A stretch of DNA of 64,000 bases from Cellvibrionales bacterium (GTDB lineage Bacteria; Pseudomonadota; Gammaproteobacteria; Pseudomonadales; GM7GCV1), in the NCBI GenBank assembly GCA_014323765.1, contig JACONM010000010.1:188125-252124 (forward strand), given 5' to 3'. The notes under the pieces were generated by a model. The model did not search any database. It saw only the letters and a list, made by a program, of their open reading frames with translations, and was not told the origin of the DNA. This document shows positions 37,862 through 47,425 of this stretch, piece after piece. Numbering within the stretch: the stretch's first letter is position 1; the number at the start of each line of letters is the position of its first letter. Made by a program: the position numbers and the translations under genes.

Positions 37862-38855
37862 GAGCGCAGCGCACCAAAGTTTTGCCGCAGTTTTCACCGC
37901 GCATAAGGCGACAAAAAGATTCGGGCGCACTTGCCAGCCCCTCGCCAATATCGTGACGGAATTGTATTTGCCCGCTCTGTACGTAGGGCAGGCACCGCTC
38001 GATAAACTCTGGGCGGCGCGGTTCAAAATCATAAACGACTAGCCCATGAATTCGGGCACGGGCGACAATCCAGAGTGCAGGCGGCGGGCCGGGCTGACGT
38101 TGCGGGCTATTGTAGTCTTCCATCAAGCCACAGAGGATGACCCGTGCGCCGACTGCCAGCTGCGCCGAAACCAAGTTTAACAGGCTGCCGCCCACTAGAT
38201 CAAAATAAATATCGATGCCCTGCGGGCACAGTTTTTTAAGGCGTTCTGAAATGTCTTCAGTTTTTCGATTGATGCAGTGGTCGTAGCCCAATTCTTCCAG
38301 CGCATAACGGCGTTTCTCTTCGCTGCCGACAATGCCAATTACACGACAGCCATGAATTTTTGCCAACTGACCCGCCATGCTGCCCACGCCCCCCACCGCA
38401 GCGGGAATAACCACCGTATCGCCTTCCTTCGGTTGCGCCTGCAAAATCAGGCCAGCATAGGCGGTCAGCCCGGGCATGCCTAGCGCTGAGAGAAAACAGG
38501 CCGGGTCTACTTTAGACTCAGCAACGGGGTTTAATTGTGCGGGGCTATGCACCGAGTAATTTTGCCAACCGCCCATACAGCGCACTATATCGCCTGCGGC
38601 AAAGTCAGCGCACTGTGATTCGACCACCCTGCCGATGGTCTCGCCGCGCATTAGCTCGCCGACACTGATGGCGGCGGAGACATGTCGGCCGGCGATCTGG
38701 CTGCGCATGTAGGGGTCTAGGGACAGGTAGAGCGTCTGCACCAGTACCTGCCCCGGGCTGGCCACGGGCATCTCGGCGTCCGCCACCAGAAAGTTTTGCG
38801 GTTCGGGTATCCCTTCTGGACAGGCGGCTAGTTTGACTTGGGTATTTTTTCGCAT
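37854..38855 (-). CDS. NADP-dependent MDR oxidoreductase (alkenal/enone reductase, YncB/PTGR1-like)
   Basis: 333 aa with the nucleotide-binding motif AAVGGVGSMAGQLAK and an N-terminus typical of the enone reductase subgroup. Confidence 0.75.
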   Translation of the reverse strand: MRKNTQVKLAACPEGIPEPQNFLVADAEMPVASPGQVLVQTLYLSLDPYMRSQIAGRHVSAAISVGELMRGETIGRVVESQCADFAAGDIVRCMGGWQNYSVHSPAQLNPVAESKVDPACFLSALGMPGLTAYAGLILQAQPKEGDTVVIPAAVGGVGSMAGQLAKIHGCRVIGIVGSEEKRRYALEELGYDHCINRKTEDISERLKKLCPQGIDIYFDLVGGSLLNLVSAQLAVGARVILCGLMEDYNSPQRQPGPPPALWIVARARIHGLVVYDFEPRRPEFIERCLPYVQSGQIQFRHDIGEGLASAPESFCRLMRGENCGKTLVRCAHG

Positions 38856-39110
38856 TGGTTTCTACTTAAAGCTAATTGAGTGCAAACCGCCATTAAAGCC
38901 GGGTTGCTGGCTTGCTATGAGCGGTTTCCATATGAGCGCAACCTTATACTTTCGATATAGAATATGCAATCAAAACCCACACTAGATTTAATCATGAAGC
39001 AGGTCCCATGCCTACCGTTCGTGTTCTCCCTTGCCTCTTAGGGCAAAGCTGCCGTACTGGGGACGCAAACAATGCAAGGGTGGCCGGATTTCCAAATTTG
39101 AGGCTCTAAG

Positions 39111-40076
39111 ATGAAGATTGGCGGTTTTCAAGAAGCCGTGCTGCATGTCAGTGACCTGCGGCACTACCAGCATTTTTGGCAAACCATTGGCGGCTGGCGG
39201 TTGCTTTGCGCCGGGTCGCTGGAGCCGCAGTGGCAGGCTATCTGGGGCCTGAATTGCGGCGGTCGGCAGGCGTTATTGGGCAACCTAGGCGATAGCCGCG
39301 GGACTGTACGGCTGATTCAATTAGACGAGATTCCCGCGTTGCAAATTCGTAGCGATGCGCAGGCTTGGGAAGTGGGTGGCATTTTGGATTTAAATATTCG
39401 GGTGTTGGATATTGCCCGCAAACACCGCCAAATGCAGCGGCGTGGCTGGCGCGGTAGCAGCAATCCCGTTCGGTGGCAATGGGGGCAGACCGAAATTATC
39501 GAATGGCTGGGGCATGGGCCGGACGGGGTGTCACTGGCTTTGATTGAACGCATCGTCCCGCCTTTGGACGGTTTTGCAAACCTGCGAGAATTCAGCTGTT
39601 TGATTAACTCCACCCAAATTGTTACAGACCTGAATGTAACCCGGGCTCTGTTTGAAGAAGTGCTGGATTTTAAGGTGGTGCGACACAGCATCGGTTCACA
39701 ACAGCAGCCGGGAGAAAATGTATTCGGCCTGCCGCACTCGCTGATCCATGCCTTGCCCCACGAAGTTATTGTGCTGCACCCGGCGGGTATTATCGATGGT
39801 TCCATCGAATTGATTGGGTTTAAGGGTTTAAGTGGTCGCGATTTTTCAGTCCGTGCTCGACCCGCTAATTTGGGCATTGCTGCGTTACGCTTTCCGGTCG
39901 ATGATATTGGGGCATTGGAAAAACGCCTAAAAAGCCATGGAACACCCATTCGTCATGGGCCTATTCGAATACCGCTAATTCCCTATGGCGAGATCTGTAT
40001 GTTGGCCATACAAACTCCTGATGGGGCTTGGCTGGAGTTTTATCAGCAGATGTCGACTGCTGGGATGCAGTCATAG
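39111..40076 (+). CDS. two-domain VOC-family protein (glyoxalase/extradiol dioxygenase-like)
   Basis: 321 aa made of two repeats of a VOC-like module (FQEAVLHVSDLRHYQHFW... and INSTQIVTDLNVTRALFEEVLDF...). Confidence 0.5.
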   Translation: MKIGGFQEAVLHVSDLRHYQHFWQTIGGWRLLCAGSLEPQWQAIWGLNCGGRQALLGNLGDSRGTVRLIQLDEIPALQIRSDAQAWEVGGILDLNIRVLDIARKHRQMQRRGWRGSSNPVRWQWGQTEIIEWLGHGPDGVSLALIERIVPPLDGFANLREFSCLINSTQIVTDLNVTRALFEEVLDFKVVRHSIGSQQQPGENVFGLPHSLIHALPHEVIVLHPAGIIDGSIELIGFKGLSGRDFSVRARPANLGIAALRFPVDDIGALEKRLKSHGTPIRHGPIRIPLIPYGEICMLAIQTPDGAWLEFYQQMSTAGMQS

Positions 40077-40139
40077 GATCGGCGTAGCATTCTCATCTAT
40101 AATTTTCAAAGACCGGGCGAGTGGGTGATAAAAAATAGA

Positions 40140-41117
40140 TTAAATGGTTAAGACAATTTTACCCACATGCTGACTGCTTTCCATCAGTCGATGCGCATCC
40201 GTAGCATTCTCTAAGGGAAAGGTTTTTGCCATGACAGGCTTTATAACTTGGCGACTAAAAAGCGGCCAAACCTGAGTGACGAGATCTTGGGCAATCGCCG
40301 CTTTGTCTTCAATAGGACGGGTGCGCATGGTGGAACCGGTGAGTATCAGCTGTTTGAGCATGACCGGCATCAGGTCTACATTGACTTTAGAACCATGTAA
40401 GAATGCGATGGAAACAATGCGCCCGCCGAATGCAGCCGCTTTGATATTCTTTTGAATATAATCGCCGCCCACCATATCCAAAATCACATTTGCTCCCATG
40501 CCGTCGGTTTCCCGTTTGACGGTTTCGCTGAAATTTTCGGTGCGGTAATTGATGGCCAGATCGGCCCCTAATTGTCGGCAGCGGTCGCATTTTTCAGGGC
40601 TGCCCGCGGTGATGAAAACTTTGGCACCAAAAGTTTTTGCCAACTGAATAGCGGTTGTGCCTATGCCGCTGCTGCCGCCGTGTATCAATACGGTTTCGCC
40701 CGCCTGTAAACCGGCGCGGCGGAATAGATTGTCCCATACTGTAAAGTAAGTCTCTGGCAGGGTGGCTGCTTCCAGCAGGCTTAGGGACGGCGGCACCGGC
40801 AGACAGGTATCTTGATGGGCGGTGGCGTATTCGGCGTAACCGCCGCCTGGCAACAGGGCGCAGACTTGATCTCCCACCTGCCATTTACCGACCTGCTCGC
40901 CAATATCGATTACCTCACCCGCTACCTCCAAGCCCGGTAAATCGGAGGCCCCTTTGGGCGCGGGATATAGCCCCTGACGCTGTACTATGTCGGGGCGATT
41001 AACCCCGGCGGCGGCAACTCGGATCAATACTTCTTGGTCTCGTGCTTTTGGAATCGGTCGCTCCACCATAGAGAGAGTGCCGCCATTCGTGAAGCTGGCG
41101 ATCTCAATACAGCGCAT
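40140..41117 (-). CDS. NAD(P)H:quinone oxidoreductase (zeta-crystallin/Qor MDR family)
   Basis: Motifs: AAGVNRPDIVQRQGLYP, PGLEVAGEV, IHGGSSGIGTTAIQLAK. Refined start is the ATG at 41117. The ORF is open to TTG 41186. Confidence 0.8.
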   Translation of the reverse strand: MRCIEIASFTNGGTLSMVERPIPKARDQEVLIRVAAAGVNRPDIVQRQGLYPAPKGASDLPGLEVAGEVIDIGEQVGKWQVGDQVCALLPGGGYAEYATAHQDTCLPVPPSLSLLEAATLPETYFTVWDNLFRRAGLQAGETVLIHGGSSGIGTTAIQLAKTFGAKVFITAGSPEKCDRCRQLGADLAINYRTENFSETVKRETDGMGANVILDMVGGDYIQKNIKAAAFGGRIVSIAFLHGSKVNVDLMPVMLKQLILTGSTMRTRPIEDKAAIAQDLVTQVWPLFSRQVIKPVMAKTFPLENATDAHRLMESSQHVGKIVLTI

Positions 41118-41186
41118 GGTGGAAAAATGATAATAAAAAGCCGATGATGCGCTTAAAACAGTCAACAGTTCTGTTGCGCTGTTCAA

Positions 41187-43055
41187 CTAGTTAGAAGCTG
41201 AAATATCTGGGGCAACGGGCGGTATTAGGCCAGTTTCCTCTTTGCAGCGGGCCTTAATCTGTTCAATCGGCGGGCCAAAATTGAATAAAGGTGGCTCGGC
41301 GGCACGCTCGCTGCGCATTTTCTCACGCAAAGATGCGGTCGCCTGTGTATCGACCACACCATTGTCAATGACCACTCCGTAACGTTTGGCCCCCGCCGGG
41401 CTTACTAGATTGCGCTTGACATCAGCCAGCACCTTGTCTGGATCACGGGCCAGCGGATCGCCCCAGCCGGCACCGCCCCAAGTGTTGAAGTAGAGCAGAT
41501 CTCCCGCCCGCACTTTTATACTCTCGCATTTAGCTGGCAGGTTTTCTTCCGTGCCATCGGTGCGCACTAGCAATTTAGTGGAACGCATGCCGACCTCACC
41601 GCCGAGTACGCCCCACGGATAGGTCAGCCAGCGGTCATCGTGAATGGCGATTTCCCCGTCGCAGAGAAAGCGATAGGCCACGCTTAAACCATTGCCACCG
41701 CGGTGCAGGCCGGCACCACCGGAGTCGGAGATGGTGGCGTAGCGTTCAATGCGTAGAGGAAAATAGGATTCGATAAACTCGCAAGGCACATTGGTAAAAC
41801 CGGGCCACAGGGAGTGCCCGTCTGGGCCATCGCCCACCGGACGACCGGGGATGCCGCCAAAGCCGATCTGGAATAATTGAAACCAGTCGCCTTTCTCGTC
41901 GTAGCCGGAATAGAATAGGTGGGGCGAGTCGGAAAAACCGGCCGCGTTGAGCATCTGTTGCGGTGCGCCGGAACCGAGGAGTGCGCCTAATACATCAAAA
42001 ATGCGTCCCAATGCATGGGTGCGACCGGAAAGCGGGGCTGGAAAGCGGGGTTTTAGGATGGTGCCTTCTGGGATGCGTACATCCACCAGATCATAAAAGC
42101 CATCATTGAAAACGATATGGGGGTCCACCACGTTAATAGTGAACGAGCCGAAAAACATTTTGAACATGTCTTCCGACAAATAAAAGTTAATGGAGGACTG
42201 TGCTTGGGGGTCGGTACCGGCAAAATCGAAGATGGCTGTATCGCCCTCGCGCCACATGCTGCATTTGAGTTTGTAGGGGCCGACACCCATGCCGTCATCG
42301 CAGATATAATCCTCAAATACCCGTGGTTCTTCCGGGATAAAGTTTTGGATTATGTGATGCATGGCCGCACGGTTGCGCTCCAACATGGTTTCCATGGCGG
42401 TGTGCAGGATGTCATCGCTGAAACGCTCGGCAATTTCCTTTACCCGTTTGGCGGCGGTATTGCAGGCGGCGACTAGGGCATTTAGATCAAAACGATTCCA
42501 TTGGGGGGTGCGCACATTGTGCAAGATCAGCTCCAATACATCGCTTTGCAATTCGCCTTTTTTATATAACTTGGTAGGCGGAATGCGGATGCCTTCCTGA
42601 AAAATAGTGGTGGCTTTAATGGGAATGGAGCCCGGCACCATGCCGCCGTTGTCAGACATATGCCCAAACATGGCCGACCAAGCAATATGCCTGCCGCCCT
42701 TGAAAATGGGCAGCAACACCAGCCAATCCGGTAGGTGAGAGACCGCCGCATTGCACATGTAGGGGTCGTTAGTGAGCAGAATATCGCCTTCTTCCAATTC
42801 GCCGTCGTAGGCATCCATAAAAGGGGCGATAAAGGAACCGAACTGGCCTACTACCATCTTGCCGTCTTTATTGGCAATCATTGGGAAGCAATCGCCCTGC
42901 TCGCGAATGCCGGGAGACATGGCGGTGCGGAATAGCACAGCATCCATTTCGATACGTGCGTTTTTTAACGCATTTTCGATAATGTCGATGGTTACCCCGT
43001 CAACCTCTATTTTTTGCAGCGGGGTGGAATTGGTTTGCTGAATTTTGACTGGCAT
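41187..43055 (-). CDS. hydantoinase B/oxoprolinase family, beta subunit (HyuB-like)
   Basis: 622 aa. N-terminus DGVTIDIIENALKNARIEMDAVLFRTAMSPGIREQGDCFP, typical of Hydantoinase_B. Confidence 0.85.
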   Translation of the reverse strand: MPVKIQQTNSTPLQKIEVDGVTIDIIENALKNARIEMDAVLFRTAMSPGIREQGDCFPMIANKDGKMVVGQFGSFIAPFMDAYDGELEEGDILLTNDPYMCNAAVSHLPDWLVLLPIFKGGRHIAWSAMFGHMSDNGGMVPGSIPIKATTIFQEGIRIPPTKLYKKGELQSDVLELILHNVRTPQWNRFDLNALVAACNTAAKRVKEIAERFSDDILHTAMETMLERNRAAMHHIIQNFIPEEPRVFEDYICDDGMGVGPYKLKCSMWREGDTAIFDFAGTDPQAQSSINFYLSEDMFKMFFGSFTINVVDPHIVFNDGFYDLVDVRIPEGTILKPRFPAPLSGRTHALGRIFDVLGALLGSGAPQQMLNAAGFSDSPHLFYSGYDEKGDWFQLFQIGFGGIPGRPVGDGPDGHSLWPGFTNVPCEFIESYFPLRIERYATISDSGGAGLHRGGNGLSVAYRFLCDGEIAIHDDRWLTYPWGVLGGEVGMRSTKLLVRTDGTEENLPAKCESIKVRAGDLLYFNTWGGAGWGDPLARDPDKVLADVKRNLVSPAGAKRYGVVIDNGVVDTQATASLREKMRSERAAEPPLFNFGPPIEQIKARCKEETGLIPPVAPDISASN

Positions 43056-43074
43056 GTTCGTTTCTCCTGTGCAA

Positions 43075-45135
43075 TTAGCTGGTCGGGTTAAGCAGTAAAT
43101 TGCCTACTTTATCCACAGTGGCGACGTACCCGGGTAGAACAACCGTGGTGGAATCCATTTCCATGATAATCGCCGGCCCCGGCACCACAGTGCCCACGTT
43201 CAGTTTGCTGCGCTCATACAGGGGCACCTCGTAATCCTGTCCCTCGTAATAAAATCGGCTGCGTTGCACTATGCAATCTTCCAGCGCCACTGGGTCGCTG
43301 CTGATTACCGTCTCGGCAATGGCGCGGGTCTTGGCGCGCACCACGGCGCGAATCATCAGGATTTCATGGCCGTCTTGCAGTTTGAAAGTAAATAGCTGTT
43401 CATGCTCTTTGTCGAAGGCGGCGGTTACTAGGCCAATGCCCTTTTCACGGATGCTGGCCTCGTCAAAATCAATCGTTATTTGAAAGGCTTGGCCGGCGTA
43501 GCGCAGGTCTGCTTGAAAACTGACTTCCAAATCTTGCGGGTCGATGCCGTCGGCAATTAGGGATTCGCTGGCTCGCTGCTGTAACTCTAAAAGATCGGAT
43601 AGCAGGCCATCGCTGTTAATGTCTTCTGCCATGCGAATGTAGGTGCGCGCCGCCTCGTCCTGTACTTGGGTGGTGGAATCTCCGTAGGCGCAGAGTACGC
43701 CGGGGCCGGGCGGTATAATGACTGGCCAAGCACCGGTGAGAATGCCTAGCGCATTGGCGTGTAGCGGGCCGGCACCGCCAAAACCCACTAGGGAAAAATC
43801 GCGTGGGTCGTAGCCCTGCTCCACCGACACAATGCGCAATGCACCGAACATGGATTCATTGACCACTTTAATAATGCCTTCCGCCGCTTCCATTAACCCA
43901 ATTCCCGCGGCATCGGCCACCTGTTGTACTGCTTTAATGGATGCTTCACGATTGATTTGCATGGCTCCGCCTAGTTGCGCATCGGCGGGTAAATAACCGA
44001 GCACTACGTTGGCATCGCACACGGTGGCTTGCTCGCCGCCCTGCATATAACAGGCCGGGCCGGGCACGGCACCGGCAGATTCTGGCCCCACCCGCAAGGC
44101 TTTGGTTAGTTCAGGGACGAAAGCCAAGGAACCGCCACCGGCCCCGACTGTGCGCACATCCACCGAGGGTGCCCGCACTCGCACATCGCCAACCACGGTT
44201 TCCCGCCGTACCCGCGCTTTGGCATTTTGAATTAGAGCCACATCGGTGGAAGTGCCGCCCATATCAAAAGTCAGGATATTGTCGTAACCTGCCTTGCTGC
44301 AAAAATAAATGGCACCGGTAACCCCACCGGCCGGACCGGACATTAATAGATTGACCGGGGATTCCGCCGCCGCCCGACCGGAAGCTAGGCCGCCATCAGA
44401 GCGCAGCAGCGATAATTTGACATCATCGCCCATACGCGATTTTAATGCCTGCTCCAAATTATTTACATAGCGGGCCACTTCTGGGCGGACGAAGGAATTG
44501 ACTACCGTGGTCTCGGTGCGCTCGTATTCCTGCATTTCTGGAACCACTTCGGAGGAAATGGAAATTGGCGTATCCGCAAAAACCTCGGCAGCAATGGCTT
44601 TGGCTTTTTTCTCATGCGCACCATTTACATGCGCATTGATAAAACAAATGGTCAGGGCACCGATCTTGTCTTTGGTGCGCAACGTTTGCAGATCGGCACG
44701 GAGCCGATCTTCATCTAATTTTTTATGGATGCTGCCATCGGCATCAATGCGCTCGTGCGCGCCTATGGTCAATTCCAGCGGTGCCAATAGCGGTTTTTTA
44801 TTGAAGGTAACCCAACCACCCAAACCGCCCGGGCAGAAAGAACGTGCCACTTGCAAAGTTTGCTCGTAGCCAGCGGTGGTGACTAGCCCCACTTTGGAGC
44901 CACGCCCTTCAAGTACGGCGTTGGTGGCAGCCGTGGTGCCGTGCATCACGCGGTTTATTTGCATCGGGTCCACTCCCGATTCGCTGCAAATGCGCTCGAC
45001 CCCGTGTAATACCCCTTTGGACTGGTCTTCAGGGGTCGAAGGCACTTTAGCCGTGTGGGTCTCGCCCGTGGCCTCGTTAATTAGCAGCAGGTCGGTAAAG
45101 GTACCGCCCACATCCACACCAAGCCGATAGCTCAT
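43075..45135 (-). CDS. hydantoinase A/oxoprolinase family, alpha subunit (HyuA-like, ATP-dependent)
   Basis: 686 aa. N-terminus MSYRLGVDVGGTFTDLLL (ASKHA-fold phosphate-1 motif) and FDMGGTSTDV. Confidence 0.85.
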   Translation of the reverse strand: MSYRLGVDVGGTFTDLLLINEATGETHTAKVPSTPEDQSKGVLHGVERICSESGVDPMQINRVMHGTTAATNAVLEGRGSKVGLVTTAGYEQTLQVARSFCPGGLGGWVTFNKKPLLAPLELTIGAHERIDADGSIHKKLDEDRLRADLQTLRTKDKIGALTICFINAHVNGAHEKKAKAIAAEVFADTPISISSEVVPEMQEYERTETTVVNSFVRPEVARYVNNLEQALKSRMGDDVKLSLLRSDGGLASGRAAAESPVNLLMSGPAGGVTGAIYFCSKAGYDNILTFDMGGTSTDVALIQNAKARVRRETVVGDVRVRAPSVDVRTVGAGGGSLAFVPELTKALRVGPESAGAVPGPACYMQGGEQATVCDANVVLGYLPADAQLGGAMQINREASIKAVQQVADAAGIGLMEAAEGIIKVVNESMFGALRIVSVEQGYDPRDFSLVGFGGAGPLHANALGILTGAWPVIIPPGPGVLCAYGDSTTQVQDEAARTYIRMAEDINSDGLLSDLLELQQRASESLIADGIDPQDLEVSFQADLRYAGQAFQITIDFDEASIREKGIGLVTAAFDKEHEQLFTFKLQDGHEILMIRAVVRAKTRAIAETVISSDPVALEDCIVQRSRFYYEGQDYEVPLYERSKLNVGTVVPGPAIIMEMDSTTVVLPGYVATVDKVGNLLLNPTS

Positions 45136-45214
45136 CGGATTTTCCTCCTGTCCCTTTTAGGTTCACCCTGCGCGAGCATGTTTGTCTGGCCGAGCATGTC
45201 AACTATAGCAACCA

Positions 45215-46123
45215 TTATAGCAGCCCTTTGTCACGCTGTGATCTGAGCCAGCCAAGTGCATTGCCGCCCGCGTTGCTTGCGGTTAGGTCGGCAGCCAGTT
45301 CCGCCGCCGCGACTAGTTTGCGCAAATCTATCCCGGTTGCAATGCCCATTTGCTCGAATAATAACACTAGATCTTCGGTTGCCACATTGCCGCTGGCTCC
45401 CGGCGCAAAGGGGCAACCGCCTAGCCCGGCGATGGATGCGTCAAAGCGGCGAACGCCTACCTCAAATGCGGCGGTGGCATTGGCCACCCCGAAGCCGCGG
45501 GTATCGTGAAAATGCGCCCCTAATTGGCCTGTGCCATGTTCGGATATCAGGGCGGCGTACAGGGATTTAACCTGCGCGGGGTTGGCGGCACCTATGGTAT
45601 CCGCTATCACCACGGCGGTGGCCCCCGCTTGCAAAAAAGTGCGCGTCATCGCTCGCACCGTTTGCGCCTTTACCGGGCCTTCAAAAGGGCATTCCCAAGC
45701 GGTGGCAATGTAGGGAATTATCGCCACGTCGTCCGTTTTCGCCCGTGCGATAATTTCCGTTGTTAGGGCAATCGCCTGCTGGTTGTCCATGCGAATGTTT
45801 TTCTCATTCATGGTGTTGCTGGCGGCCACCGGTATATTTAGGGATTGAATGCCCGCCGCCCTAGCCTGCTCGTACCCCCGCATGTTGGAAATCAATGCGG
45901 AGAAGTGGGTGTTAGCGGCGGGCAGGCCGGCGGCAATTTGGTCGGTGTTGGCCATGGCGGGCACGGCTTTGGGGCTGACAAAGCTGCCGATTTCTACCGC
46001 CGGCAGGCGCGCCGCGACTAGGGCCTCGATCAAGCGTAGACGCTCGGCCGGGGATAAAACCTTGGGCTGATTTTGTAGGCCGTCGCGCGGGCCGACATCG
46101 GTGATAATTACTGTTTCAGTCAT
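45215..46123 (-). CDS. HMG-CoA lyase-like (HMGL family) C-C lyase, copy 2
   Basis: 302 aa with DVGPRDGLQN and GGCPFAPGASGNVATEDLV. Its ATG overlaps the upstream stop (ATGA). Confidence 0.85.
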   Translation of the reverse strand: MTETVIITDVGPRDGLQNQPKVLSPAERLRLIEALVAARLPAVEIGSFVSPKAVPAMANTDQIAAGLPAANTHFSALISNMRGYEQARAAGIQSLNIPVAASNTMNEKNIRMDNQQAIALTTEIIARAKTDDVAIIPYIATAWECPFEGPVKAQTVRAMTRTFLQAGATAVVIADTIGAANPAQVKSLYAALISEHGTGQLGAHFHDTRGFGVANATAAFEVGVRRFDASIAGLGGCPFAPGASGNVATEDLVLLFEQMGIATGIDLRKLVAAAELAADLTASNAGGNALGWLRSQRDKGLL

Positions 46124-47319
46124 GCTGCATAACCCGCCGTTTTAGCCGCGGCAATTTCCTCATCGCTCATATTCAACAGTTCACCGAGCACCCGCTCGGT
46201 ATCGGCACCGAGCAGCGGGGCCGCGCTGAACTGCTCTTCGCCGGAGCGCGATAGCTTGATGGGGTTGCCTGGGCCCTTAGTGCTGCGCCCGTCTGGGTGA
46301 TGGAGATCGACTACCATATTGCGGTGCAAAATTTGCGCATCGGACAAGGCTTGGCTAAACCGATTTACCGGGGCACAGGGGATGCGCTGCGCTTCCAGCT
46401 TTTCTAGCCAATAGGCGGAGGTGTTGGTGCTGAGAATCTCGTTGAGCTTGCGGTTGATCATGTCGCGTTCTTCCCAGCGACCCGGCTGCCCATCGTATTT
46501 GGGGTTTTCAAACTCAGGGCAATTTACTGCTTTCTTTAGATTTTTCCAAAAATTGTCGGTGATAACCGCAATCACCACATGCCCATCGGATGTCTTAAAG
46601 GTGTTATACGGAACATGCACAAAGTGAGAATTGCCGATCGGGTAGGGGTCTTTACCGGAAAGAAAATACATGGTGGCCATATAATTGAGCATGGATATTT
46701 GGCAGTCGAGCATGGAAATATCGACGTGCTGCCCTTGGCCGCTGCGCTCGCGTTCATACAGTGCCGCTAAAATGCCCATGACCCCAAACATGCCGCCGCC
46801 TAGATCGCCGATGGGAATGCCGGCGCGCATCTGATGGTCGCGGTTTTCGCCGGTGATCGACATGCCGCCGCCGATGGCTTGAGCCACTTGATCAAAAGCT
46901 GGACGTTGGTTGGCGGGGCCATCGGAGCCGAAGCCGGAGATCACACAGGTAATAATTCTGGGATTGACGCGGCTCAGGTTGGGATAATCAATTTTCAAGC
47001 GTTCTGGTACCCCGGCCCCAAAGTTGCTAATCACAATATCGGATTTTTCTACTAGGCGATAAAACAGCTGCAAGCCCTGTTCGCTTTTCAGGTCCAGTGC
47101 CACACTTTGCTTGTTGCGGTTTAGGGTGATGAAGTAGGCTCCCATGCCGCCCAGTGAGTTTTGCGGATCTTTTGCTAACAGCTTGCGTGTGCCCTCGCCC
47201 TGTAGCGGTTCCACCTTGATGGTCTCTGCCCCTAGGTCCGCTAGGATCATGCTGCCGTAGGGCCCGGAGAGCATGTGGGTGAGGTCCAAAATGCGGACGT
47301 TTTCTAGGGGTCTGTTCAT
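46120..47319 (-). CDS. family III CoA-transferase (CaiB/BaiF), copy 2
   Basis: Refined start is the ATG at 47319 (MNRPLENVRILDLTHMLSGPYGSMILADLGAETIKVEP), which parallels copy 1. The ORF-track start at 47352 is TTG. Confidence 0.85.
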   Translation of the reverse strand: MNRPLENVRILDLTHMLSGPYGSMILADLGAETIKVEPLQGEGTRKLLAKDPQNSLGGMGAYFITLNRNKQSVALDLKSEQGLQLFYRLVEKSDIVISNFGAGVPERLKIDYPNLSRVNPRIITCVISGFGSDGPANQRPAFDQVAQAIGGGMSITGENRDHQMRAGIPIGDLGGGMFGVMGILAALYERERSGQGQHVDISMLDCQISMLNYMATMYFLSGKDPYPIGNSHFVHVPYNTFKTSDGHVVIAVITDNFWKNLKKAVNCPEFENPKYDGQPGRWEERDMINRKLNEILSTNTSAYWLEKLEAQRIPCAPVNRFSQALSDAQILHRNMVVDLHHPDGRSTKGPGNPIKLSRSGEEQFSAAPLLGADTERVLGELLNMSDEEIAAAKTAGYAA

Positions 47320-47425
47320 TATCGATGGGTGCTTGGATAATCGGTGGGCCAATACGGGTTAAAGAGGCCCGGTACCCTAGCAACTCTTGGTTTTTTTACG
47401 TTGCCGGGCACCGGGCACAAACGGT

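Noticed and set aside
37862-38032. N-terminal 57-aa extension of the LeuC-like ORF given in the track (similar cases at 54689..55768, 55690..57102, 17793..18191, 13756..14637, 30229..30822)
   Set aside because: The extensions overlap neighbouring well-supported genes or intergenic DNA and lack family-like sequence. Internal ATG codons give N-termini that match the family, or a signal peptide or lipobox, often with an SD at proper spacing.
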